A stretch of 28,980 bases of DNA, from positions 1-28,980 of the IMG/VR virus record IMGVR_UViG_3300048897_000057. One strand, written 5' to 3'. The notes beneath the pieces were generated by a model, which saw nothing but the letters and a program-made list of their open reading frames with translations, had not been told where the DNA came from and ran no database searches. Source of the DNA: a virus. Taxonomy: Duplodnaviria > Caudoviricetes. The position numbers and the translations under genes are program-made. This document shows, one piece after another, positions 1-7,632 of this stretch; position 1 is the stretch's first letter; every line of letters begins with the position of its first letter.

Positions 1-2
1 AG

Positions 3-233
3 CATGCGGCTGCGCTGACGGTTGGCTACCTGGTCAATGCTTCGTTCTCGCTCATCCCGGAGCGCGCGATCGTGCTCACGCGGTCGCGCACGATCATCGA
101 CTTGGCAGCCGAGCTATACGGCAGCGTCGACGACAAGCTCGACCTGCTGATCAACACAAACAATTTGAGTGGCGATGAGATCTTGGAGCTGCCGAAGGGC
201 CGCAGAGTCGTCTACTACCCCGTCGCCGCCTGA
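3..233 (+). CDS. C-terminal fragment of Mu N/gp43-like DNA-circularisation / tail hub-associated protein (5' partial)
   Basis: Own translation: HAAALTVGYLVNASFSLIPERAIVLTRSRTIIDLAAELYGSVDDKLDLLINTNNLSGDEILELPKGRRVVYYPVAA*. LysM-like tail (LAAELYG...LINTNNL...LPKG); TGATG overlap with the gp44-like gene. Confidence 0.7.
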   Translation, partial: HAAALTVGYLVNASFSLIPERAIVLTRSRTIIDLAAELYGSVDDKLDLLINTNNLSGDEILELPKGRRVVYYPVAA

Positions 234-1351
234 TGGCCGCCAAAGAAGAAAAGGTCGAGCTGCTCATTGGCGGCAAGGCCTTCGCGCATTGGTTCGATCT
301 CGAGGTCAAGCTGTGTATCGACAGCTTCGACACGGTCGGTTTCACGGCACCGTTCGATCCGTCGAACAAGGCCTTCCGCCAGCTCTTCAAGCCTTTCAGT
401 TTTCAGCCTATTCAGCTTCTGCTGAACGGTGATCCGCTCTTCACCGGCACGATCATCGGCATTGAGCCGAAGGTCGACGCCAACTCGAAGACGGTAGCGG
501 TAACGGCCTACTCGACTCCGGGCGTGCTCTGCGATTGCACGGCGCCGACTGGCTTCGGGCACAAGGGGCGCCGCTCGGCTGCTGGCGCAATCCCTCTCGA
601 GTTCAAGAAGCAAACGCTTCGAGCCATCGCCACGTCACTGTGTGAGCCGTTCGGGATCCCGATCGAGTTCCGCGACATTGACGCCGGCGCGCCGTTTGAG
701 AAGGTCGCGATCAAGATCGAGGAAAAGATCCACGGCTTCCTCGTCGAGCTCGCGAAGCAACGCGGGTGCGTCATGACGAACAACGTCGATGGCTCACTTC
801 TTTTTTGGAAGTCGATCAAGCGCGGTTCGCCAGTTGTGCAATTCGTCGAAGGCGTTCCGCCGCTGTCGAGCGTTCAAGCCTCGTTCGCGCCGCAAGACTA
901 TTACAGCGAGGGCACGGGCTACGCGCCGGCCAAGCACCGCAAGCCAGGCTCGCATTATACGGTGCTCAACAAGTGGCTCGGCCAGGGTATCGACGACGGC
1001 AGCGATCCGATCAACACGCACCGCCCGATCTCCTGGAAGTTCGACGATACCGAGCGACAGGACGCACCCGACGCGACCAAGGCAAAGATCGCTCGCATGT
1101 TTGCAAACATGGCGTCCTGGGTTATCGACGATCTGCCGACTTGGCGGGACCCGGATGGCAAACTATGGGACCCGAACACGAGCCTGACGCTGCTCGCGCC
1201 ATCGGTCATGATCTACCGACAGACCGAGCTGCTGATCCGTGAGGTCACGCTGCGACAGAGCAAAGACAAGCTCTCGGCTTCGCTAGGGCTCGTGATGCCC
1301 GGGGCGTTCAGCGGGGAGATGCCAGAAACTCTTCCGTGGATTGAGGACTAG
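233..1351 (+). CDS. Baseplate hub protein, Mu gp44/P-like
   Basis: 372 aa; VELLIGGKAF..W start, LFTGTI, G.LCDCT, WRDPDGKLWDPN, PGAFSGE end; position before the spike gene. Confidence 0.85.
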   Translation: MAAKEEKVELLIGGKAFAHWFDLEVKLCIDSFDTVGFTAPFDPSNKAFRQLFKPFSFQPIQLLLNGDPLFTGTIIGIEPKVDANSKTVAVTAYSTPGVLCDCTAPTGFGHKGRRSAAGAIPLEFKKQTLRAIATSLCEPFGIPIEFRDIDAGAPFEKVAIKIEEKIHGFLVELAKQRGCVMTNNVDGSLLFWKSIKRGSPVVQFVEGVPPLSSVQASFAPQDYYSEGTGYAPAKHRKPGSHYTVLNKWLGQGIDDGSDPINTHRPISWKFDDTERQDAPDATKAKIARMFANMASWVIDDLPTWRDPDGKLWDPNTSLTLLAPSVMIYRQTELLIREVTLRQSKDKLSASLGLVMPGAFSGEMPETLPWIED

Positions 1352-1860
1352 TGACCGACGTTGCTGCCGTCGAATCGTTCGAACGCGTGACCGACGAAAA
1401 CGGCGAAGCCGTGATCGTGAAGGTGGACGAGGTTGACGGTCCGCTGCTCGAGCCCGAGAACTTCCCGCCTTGCGGCGATGACGCACCGCCGCTTGCTACC
1501 GACTTCGCAGCGATCAAAGAGGCGACGGGCCGCGGAACCACGCAAGTCGTCGGCTACCAGGACCCGAAGAACAAGGGCAAGGCGCTCGGTGGCGAGAAAC
1601 GCATCTACGCACGCGACCCTGACGACGGCTCGGTTGTCGCTGATATTTGGTTGCATGGCGACGGAACGATCGAGATCACGAGCATCAAGTCGGGCAGCTC
1701 GATCAATCTGAACGGTGTGCTCATCGACCAGCAGGGAAACATCACTGCCCCCGGCGATGTGACGGCCATGAGCGCGTCGCCCGCAACGTCGGTCAAGCTC
1801 TCGACCCATCTGCATCCGACCGGAACCGGCCCAAGCGGCCCGCCCCAGGCCGGGACCTGA
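1351..1860 (+). CDS. Baseplate central spike, Mu gp45-like
   Basis: 169 aa; GEKRIYARD, beta-rich C-terminus ending in the HxH metal-binding tip (LSTHLHPTG). Confidence 0.85.
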   Translation: MTDVAAVESFERVTDENGEAVIVKVDEVDGPLLEPENFPPCGDDAPPLATDFAAIKEATGRGTTQVVGYQDPKNKGKALGGEKRIYARDPDDGSVVADIWLHGDGTIEITSIKSGSSINLNGVLIDQQGNITAPGDVTAMSASPATSVKLSTHLHPTGTGPSGPPQAGT

Positions 1861-2300
1861 TGCCGCTCGCGCTCCCCGCTCTCACGAGCGGCCTGCAATC
1901 GCTCTTCGCCTCCCCGCCACCGGACGCAGCCAGCTGCGCGAACGCGTGGGGCAGCGCCGTCTCGTCTTGGGCTGACTCAATCGTCCCAGCGTCTACGACC
2001 GTCTCGGCTGCGGCGTCGACGCTCACCAGCGCCCTCTCCAGCGCGTTCTCCGCTCCCGACGCAGCGCCCGCCATGGAGAGCGCCTTCGCGGCGTTCGCGG
2101 TCACGGTGGGCGGTGGGATGGTTGGATTTACGCCGACCCCGCCAGCGGCGCCGGTCGGGTTCGCTTCGCAGTTTGGTGGACCGAAACCGGCGACGGCGGC
2201 CGACGCGGCTTCGCAGATCGCTTCGCTCATCGACACTTGGATGCGCTCCGGGATCGGAACGCTGATCGCGCCACCGAACACTCCGACCCCGTGGACCTGA
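1860..2300 (+). CDS. Hypothetical Ala/Pro-rich virion protein (146 aa)
   Basis: ATG at 1860 overlaps the spike stop (TGATG); MPLALPALTSGLQSLF...; the longer 1647 start in the ORF track overlaps the spike and is unlikely. Confidence 0.7.
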   Translation: MPLALPALTSGLQSLFASPPPDAASCANAWGSAVSSWADSIVPASTTVSAAASTLTSALSSAFSAPDAAPAMESAFAAFAVTVGGGMVGFTPTPPAAPVGFASQFGGPKPATAADAASQIASLIDTWMRSGIGTLIAPPNTPTPWT

Positions 2301-2732
2301 ATGACCGACGTGCTCATGACGCAGACGCCAGACGGAGGCGAAGTGACCTGCGTAAATGGGCAAATGGTCATGTCCCAAGGGCTTGATACAGCTGCCCTGC
2401 TCAGCCTTTTCGGGGGCAACATCGAAGACAGCGGCATCGATGCCGACCTACCCAAGTCGTGGTGGGCAAATCGTAGCCAAACAGATCCGACGCTCCAATA
2501 CCGCAGCCAACTGCAGCACGCACTCGCCACGCTCCCGCTCACACCCGCGAATCTCTCGATCTTCGAGGACGCCGCGAGCGCGGACCTAGCCTGGTTCACC
2601 GCTTCGGTTGCTGACTCGGTTGCAGTGGTCGCAACGATGCCCGCGCTCGACACCGTCCAGATCAACGTCTTCATTGTGATCAACGGGCTTACGAGCAAGT
2701 TCACTTTCCAGAAATCGCCGGGCGCACAGTGA
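2301..2732 (+). CDS. Baseplate wedge protein, Mu gp46-like
   Basis: GLDTAALLSLFGGN..D, SWWAN, AASADLAWF motifs typical of the GP46 family; synteny. Confidence 0.85.
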   Translation: MTDVLMTQTPDGGEVTCVNGQMVMSQGLDTAALLSLFGGNIEDSGIDADLPKSWWANRSQTDPTLQYRSQLQHALATLPLTPANLSIFEDAASADLAWFTASVADSVAVVATMPALDTVQINVFIVINGLTSKFTFQKSPGAQ

Positions 2733-3910
2733 GCTTAGCCACGCCGACAACCGCGCAAATCAGCGCGAACATCATCTCGCAAATCCAGGCGAAGATCGGG
2801 CAGACCGTCCCGTTTCTGCCGAAGGCGTTCATCAACGTCTTGGCAGCCGTGCTCGCGGGCATCTTCATTCTGCTTTGGAAGTACGCGGGCGCGAACTGGC
2901 TCAACATGTTCGTGGCGTACGCCTCGGACCAGCCGACGACGATCAACGGCCAGACGATCGTCCCGCTCGTCGAACTCGGGCGCTTGCTCGGTGTGGGCGA
3001 CCCGGAGCCGGCGACGCAAGCGCAGCTTGCCGTGCAAGTCACGGTGACGCACATGACGGGTTCGCTCTCGGCGGGACAAGCCGCGATCAACTCGAGCACG
3101 GGCGTCATCTACAACGTCGTCGCGGACGTGCTGCTGAACGCGCTGACGGTCACGGCGATCATTCAGGCCGTCTCGGACCAATCGGGCGGCGATGGCTCGG
3201 GCGCAATCGGCAACATGCAGCCGGGCGACATCGTGGCCTTCGCGAACCCGCTGCCGAACGTATCGACCAATGCGACGGTGCTCTCGCAGGTCGTCACCGG
3301 CGCCGACGCGGAACCAACGCCGCTCTACCGCTCCAAGATTCTCCGGCACCGCCAGAACCCGCCTCAGGGCGGCGCTTACGCCGATTACCAGGGCTGGGCG
3401 CTATCAGCGCCGGGCATCATCAACGCTTACCCGTACGCGGGCCCGCCGGGTCAGGTGCTCGTGTACTGCGAGGCCGACACGGTGAGCTCGGGCAGCCCGG
3501 ATGGCATCCCAACTTCGCCGCAGCTTGCCGGCGCGCTCGCAGCCATCAACGTCGACGTTGCCGGGCTGGCCACGCGGCGACCCGTGAACGCGGCCGTGAC
3601 CACGCTGCCCATCACGCGCACGGGGTTCGCTTTGACCGTCACTGGGCTGCTCCCTGATACGACGCCGACGCGGAACGCAATCCGTGATGGCGTAGACGAA
3701 TACCTGCGCACGCGCGAGCCATTTATTGATGGGCTTTCCGCGTTCCCGCGCACGAATCGGATTTCAAATGCGGCGGTGTCCGGCGTAGTGCAGACCATTG
3801 TCGAGTCGGCCGGCGCCACAGTAACGAGTATCACTTTGACGCCTGGCCCGGCCTACGACTTGGGCAACGGCGAAAAAGCGAAGCTCACGCTGCCGCCTAC
3901 TTTTGCTTGA
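2729..3910 (+). CDS. Baseplate J / Mu gp47-like wedge protein
   Basis: GAIGN, GADAE..LYRSKIL, PPQGGAYADY..WAL..PGI..AYPY motifs. Confidence 0.92.
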   Translation: MSLATPTTAQISANIISQIQAKIGQTVPFLPKAFINVLAAVLAGIFILLWKYAGANWLNMFVAYASDQPTTINGQTIVPLVELGRLLGVGDPEPATQAQLAVQVTVTHMTGSLSAGQAAINSSTGVIYNVVADVLLNALTVTAIIQAVSDQSGGDGSGAIGNMQPGDIVAFANPLPNVSTNATVLSQVVTGADAEPTPLYRSKILRHRQNPPQGGAYADYQGWALSAPGIINAYPYAGPPGQVLVYCEADTVSSGSPDGIPTSPQLAGALAAINVDVAGLATRRPVNAAVTTLPITRTGFALTVTGLLPDTTPTRNAIRDGVDEYLRTREPFIDGLSAFPRTNRISNAAVSGVVQTIVESAGATVTSITLTPGPAYDLGNGEKAKLTLPPTFA

Positions 3911-3925
3911 GAGAGGGAAACTGTT

Positions 3926-5242
3926 TTGGCAATCGATCCGTCAGTGCGCTATTCGACCCAAGTCGACACGAGCGATCCGACCGGGTATCCGCACGGCAAG
4001 GCACAGGATTCGACCGCGCTTGGCGACGGCGCTGGCTTCCCCCTTGAGAAGGACTGGGTCAACGACGTACTCGGCTTCGAGCAAGCTTTGCTCGCTGCGG
4101 TCGGCGCGACGCCATCGGGTACACCCGACAAAGTCGGTGCATCGCAATATCTCGGCGCGATCGTCACCCTGATTGCCAGCGCGACCGGGGCCGTGAGCGA
4201 CGCGGCTACGGCCGCCCTTAAGCGTGAGCAGGTTCAGAATTGGACCATGGCAGCGTGGAACTTTTTCGGAGCGACGACCCAAGACTCTGGGATATTATGG
4301 ATCCCCGAGGGCACGACGGGAAATGGATCATGGCTCCTGTTCGGCAACATCACGGGGCCGGCCAACGTTAGTGGGCGTTTGCCTAGTTCCCAGCCGGGCG
4401 GTGTGCCTTCCGCGTTGAACGCCACCAATCCACCACTGACCGAGTGGCGTTTGACGACATCGTCGGTGAACGGAGCGACCGTCGTTGCCGGCGGCGGCAG
4501 TAGCTCATCTGACACAGTCGCCGCTGTCTCTACGGATTTCGGCTGGACCTGGAGCTCACATGTCGTCCATGCCGCTGCCAATTGGCGCTGCAACGGACTT
4601 GTGTACGACCCGGTGCACGGCAGGTTTATTTTCATCGCAGCGTCACCATTTGGAACGCTGGCGCCAATCTACACGTCGCCCGACGGAATCACATGGACGC
4701 AGCGCACAAATCCGGCGAGCGCACTCGCGGGCGCGACCGCCGACCAATTGTTCGTCGGCCAGAACGGCGAGGCGTGCGTCATCTCGAGTGACGGAAAAAT
4801 GTCCGTTTCCACGGACGGAGGGGCGTCATGGTCCGCTTTCGTCGCGACTCCGATCACGGGTGTGATCAACGGCGCGTACACGTCCACCTACGGATGGATC
4901 TTGATTGGCACGACTCAGATAGCGAAAACGCTGACGCTCGCCACTCCGGCATGGACGGTCGATGCACCGTTTGGCAATAGCAAAGCAGTGGACATTGCCG
5001 GGGATACGATCAGTAGATACGTCGTCGCGCACAAGGATGTGTCGATGGTGCCAGGGCCAGGTGTTCAAGTTTCGTACAACGGCGGGGTAAGCTGGGAATT
5101 TCAGCGTTTCGATTCTTCGTCGACCACGGACTACGTCCCGAAATCCATCAAGTACAACGGGGCGGAGTGGGCCGTGCTCGGTGCACCCACGGGCGGTGGC
5201 GCGAATACGTTCGCCGTCTGGCTGAGCCTTCAGATCCGCTGA
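3926..5242 (+). CDS. Tail fibre / receptor-binding protein with Asp-box (BNR) beta-propeller
   Basis: Fibre-anchor N-terminus (GFPLEKDWVND...GATPSGTPD...SQYLGAI); Asp boxes STDFGWTW, SPDGITW, STDGGASW, SYNGGVSW; TTG start after GAGAGGG. Confidence 0.8.
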   Translation: MAIDPSVRYSTQVDTSDPTGYPHGKAQDSTALGDGAGFPLEKDWVNDVLGFEQALLAAVGATPSGTPDKVGASQYLGAIVTLIASATGAVSDAATAALKREQVQNWTMAAWNFFGATTQDSGILWIPEGTTGNGSWLLFGNITGPANVSGRLPSSQPGGVPSALNATNPPLTEWRLTTSSVNGATVVAGGGSSSSDTVAAVSTDFGWTWSSHVVHAAANWRCNGLVYDPVHGRFIFIAASPFGTLAPIYTSPDGITWTQRTNPASALAGATADQLFVGQNGEACVISSDGKMSVSTDGGASWSAFVATPITGVINGAYTSTYGWILIGTTQIAKTLTLATPAWTVDAPFGNSKAVDIAGDTISRYVVAHKDVSMVPGPGVQVSYNGGVSWEFQRFDSSSTTDYVPKSIKYNGAEWAVLGAPTGGGANTFAVWLSLQIR

Positions 5243-5245
5243 CAC

Positions 5246-6049
5246 CTATTGCGGCTGCTCGCACGTTGCGATGTCAGACGGTTGCTCTTGGACGCAAATT
5301 CCTCCGACGAAACGCCTGTCGCACCTGTCGGTAGTATACTTCGTGTGGAGACCCCATCGCGAGCCGGTAGCCGTTCCGTCGCAAAACATGCTCCAGTAAT
5401 CCAAGTCGGGAGTAACATTGTCGGTACAGGAGCTGTAGCGAACGAATTGCCCGAGGAAGTAGGACATGGCCCTAACGTGGCACCCATCGCAGCACTGACC
5501 CGTCGAGCATTCGCACACTGCGGCGCCACCACTTCCGCCCGTACCAGCGGCTCCGCTGGAGCCCGTGCCGCCAGTCGTTCCGCCTTGCCCTGAGCTACCA
5601 AGCGAACCAGACGAGCCACCAGCCGCGATGCCGCCGCTTCCTGTGTCCCCGCCATTCGCAGCGCCAGCGCTAGCGACTGCCCCGCCCGAGCCTCCAGGCG
5701 GCGCGGCGCCACCCATCCCGGCATTGCCAGCGCCACCATTACCAGCAGCCGGCTGACCGCCGTTTGCGCCGCTCGGCGCCCCGGCAGCAGCGTCGATACC
5801 ACCGGCGCCAGCTACTTGGCTCTGCGTTGCGCCCGCGCTCGGTTGGCCCGCGTCTCCAGGCAGCGCAGGCGCCCCGCTCTCGCCACCTGTGCCCGCACGG
5901 GACTGCAGCATGATGCTCGAGCCACTTGACCCGCCAGCTCCGCCCGAAGTGACAGCATCTCCGCCCGCGCTACCGCCGCAACCCGCAAGCGCCAGAGCGA
6001 CCAGCCACTTGCCTGCTCCCAGAATTCTCGTCATCGTATTCGTGTTCAT
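5246..6049 (-). CDS. Lipoprotein with Gly-rich linker and Cys-rich C-terminal domain (moron)
   Basis: Lipobox LAGC after a hydrophobic stretch, long G/S/A linker, CECSTGQCCDGC plus further Cys; GAGGA RBS. Confidence 0.8.
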   Translation of the reverse strand: MNTNTMTRILGAGKWLVALALAGCGGSAGGDAVTSGGAGGSSGSSIMLQSRAGTGGESGAPALPGDAGQPSAGATQSQVAGAGGIDAAAGAPSGANGGQPAAGNGGAGNAGMGGAAPPGGSGGAVASAGAANGGDTGSGGIAAGGSSGSLGSSGQGGTTGGTGSSGAAGTGGSGGAAVCECSTGQCCDGCHVRAMSYFLGQFVRYSSCTDNVTPDLDYWSMFCDGTATGSRWGLHTKYTTDRCDRRFVGGICVQEQPSDIATCEQPQ

Positions 6050-6108
6050 GAGCTAATTCCTCGTGGACCATGCCCCCAGGCGTTTCGAGCGCTGTGGGGG
6101 CAACCTTT

Positions 6109-6136
6109 AGGATGCGCTCACCCGGCCGCCTGTCAA
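6109..6136 (-). promoter_or_regulatory. Putative sigma70-type promoter for the lipoprotein gene
   Basis: TTGACA (6136-6131), 16-bp spacer, CATCCT (6114-6109); followed by a leader hairpin TGCCCCCA...TGGGGGCA (6071-6102). Confidence 0.55.
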
Positions 6137-6193
6137 TTAGAGCGTGCCTTCGCGCCGAATTTCGAAGGGTGCTCCTTGGCTCGTAACCGATAA

Positions 6194-6508
6194 TTACACG
6201 TCCCAGCCGACAACGATCCCACCTTCGAGGTGAACGCGAAGCTTGAACCTGTTCTTCGCGACCCGGTCGTAGCAGAAAGTGTGCTTCGTCTTGGTCTTTA
6301 AGACGTGCTCCTTCACATCCGCGGGTGCCCCACGCGACTCGAGCAGCATCTCGTAGGTCGCCCCCTGCCACACCTGGCGATTCATGATCAGCGCGGCGAT
6401 CTTCGCGCCGAAACGCGCGGTCAATGACTCCCGTCGGCGCTTGTTCTTGCGCCAGCCTGCGTATACGAGCCAGCCAACCGTACCAAGAATCAAGATGATG
6501 ATTGGCAT
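6194..6508 (-). CDS. Small membrane-anchored protein, SmpA/BamE- or DUF2845-like fold
   Basis: N-terminal TM helix and basic patch, then VWQGATYEMLLESRGAP...FCY...VHLEGGIVVGW pattern; GAGGA RBS. Confidence 0.65.
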   Translation of the reverse strand: MPIIILILGTVGWLVYAGWRKNKRRRESLTARFGAKIAALIMNRQVWQGATYEMLLESRGAPADVKEHVLKTKTKHTFCYDRVAKNRFKLRVHLEGGIVVGWDV

Positions 6509-6517
6509 CGTTGATCC

Positions 6518-6853
6518 TCATGGAGCGGGCATGCCCGCCGCAGCGCAGTCGGTCGCTTCTGTCGCTTTCCAGACTCGATAGTTCGCCTCGTCTTTCGCCT
6601 GCAAAAACGCAGCAGCGACCATTCCGGCTTGAGCGCAGACGTCCATCGGCGCGCCGCCGCGCTTGGCTATCCCATATTGGGTGACGGCGTCTTCGGCGAC
6701 TTTTCTCTCGATGCCACCCATCTCCACCGCGGCCTGAGCGTGGATGCGCTCGTCGATGAACCGGTAGGCGAGCCACATGCCGCCGAGCACGACGGCGAAG
6801 CCGAACGTCTTTGCGACTGGCCCAGGTGGTGCCGGCTTCTTCGGTTCTCCCAT
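6518..6853 (-). CDS. Hypothetical single-TM protein
   Basis: 111 aa, TM helix near the N-terminus, helical domain with two Cys; co-oriented with the next two genes. Confidence 0.7.
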   Translation of the reverse strand: MGEPKKPAPPGPVAKTFGFAVVLGGMWLAYRFIDERIHAQAAVEMGGIERKVAEDAVTQYGIAKRGGAPMDVCAQAGMVAAAFLQAKDEANYRVWKATEATDCAAAGMPAP

Positions 6854-6902
6854 CCGGCCACGCCATCACGCGCCCTAACTCGCAGTCAATCGCAGTCGCC
6901 GA

Positions 6903-7619
6903 ATGAGCCTATTTCTTCGGATTTACACGCATCTGCTCCCAACCGGGCAGGCGTGGCGCCTCGGCTTTCAGAAGCAACTCCAGAAGTTCTTCGATGGCCT
7001 GACCGGGCTGCCGAGCGACGCGCGCGCCTTCGCCGACGGCGTCTACCAAGACCTGTTTCCAGCGACGACACGCGAGCTAGCGCTCTGGGAAGCTGAGTTA
7101 GGACTCGTCGCCGATCCGAGTGACAGCGTTCGACGACTGAACCTCGCAGCCGCTTGGAAGGCCGGTGGCGGACAATCGCCGAGCTATATCCAGGGCGTTC
7201 TCCAAGCTGCGGGCTTCAACGTCTTCGTGCACGAATGGTGGAGCTCGGGTCCACCGTTCATATTGCGCGACCCGACGCTGTTTACGAGCGTCCCTCGCAT
7301 CGGCGAATTCCAATGCTCGCCGCATTCGTTCGGCGCGAACCAGCCGCAGTGCACGCCGCATTCAGTCCCAGGGGGCCCGACGTGCGACGCGTTCCTGGCG
7401 AATGACGTTGGCTACCTCGTGAACCTCGACCTGACGCGCCGCGCGCCGCCGAGCGTGCCACGCGATACCGCGACGTGGCCGTTCTTTATCTACATCTCGG
7501 CCGCTTCGTTTCCAACGCTCGCCACTGTCGCCGCATCGCGCCGCGCCGAGCTCGAGCGCCTCATCCTCAAGCTTCGCCCTGCTCAGCAGTGGGTCGTGAT
7601 GCTCGTAAACTACGTCTGA
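6903..7619 (+). CDS. Baseplate protein, Mu gp48/YmfQ (DUF2313)-like
   Basis: HLLPTGQAW, FPATTRELALWEAELGL, GGQSPSYI, LERLILKLRPAQQW motifs. Confidence 0.85.
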   Translation: MSLFLRIYTHLLPTGQAWRLGFQKQLQKFFDGLTGLPSDARAFADGVYQDLFPATTRELALWEAELGLVADPSDSVRRLNLAAAWKAGGGQSPSYIQGVLQAAGFNVFVHEWWSSGPPFILRDPTLFTSVPRIGEFQCSPHSFGANQPQCTPHSVPGGPTCDAFLANDVGYLVNLDLTRRAPPSVPRDTATWPFFIYISAASFPTLATVAASRRAELERLILKLRPAQQWVVMLVNYV

Positions 7620-7632
7620 GAAGGCTAAAAAC

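Noticed and set aside
1793-3657. Long alternative ORFs 1793..2704(-), 2735..3349(-), 2875..3657(+)
   Set aside because: Shadow frames of baseplate genes, expected at high GC; no motifs.
3926-6902. Mu G-segment-like invertible fibre cassette
   Set aside because: The antisense genes are not alternative fibre ends, no invertase is in the window and I found no flanking inverted repeats by eye.
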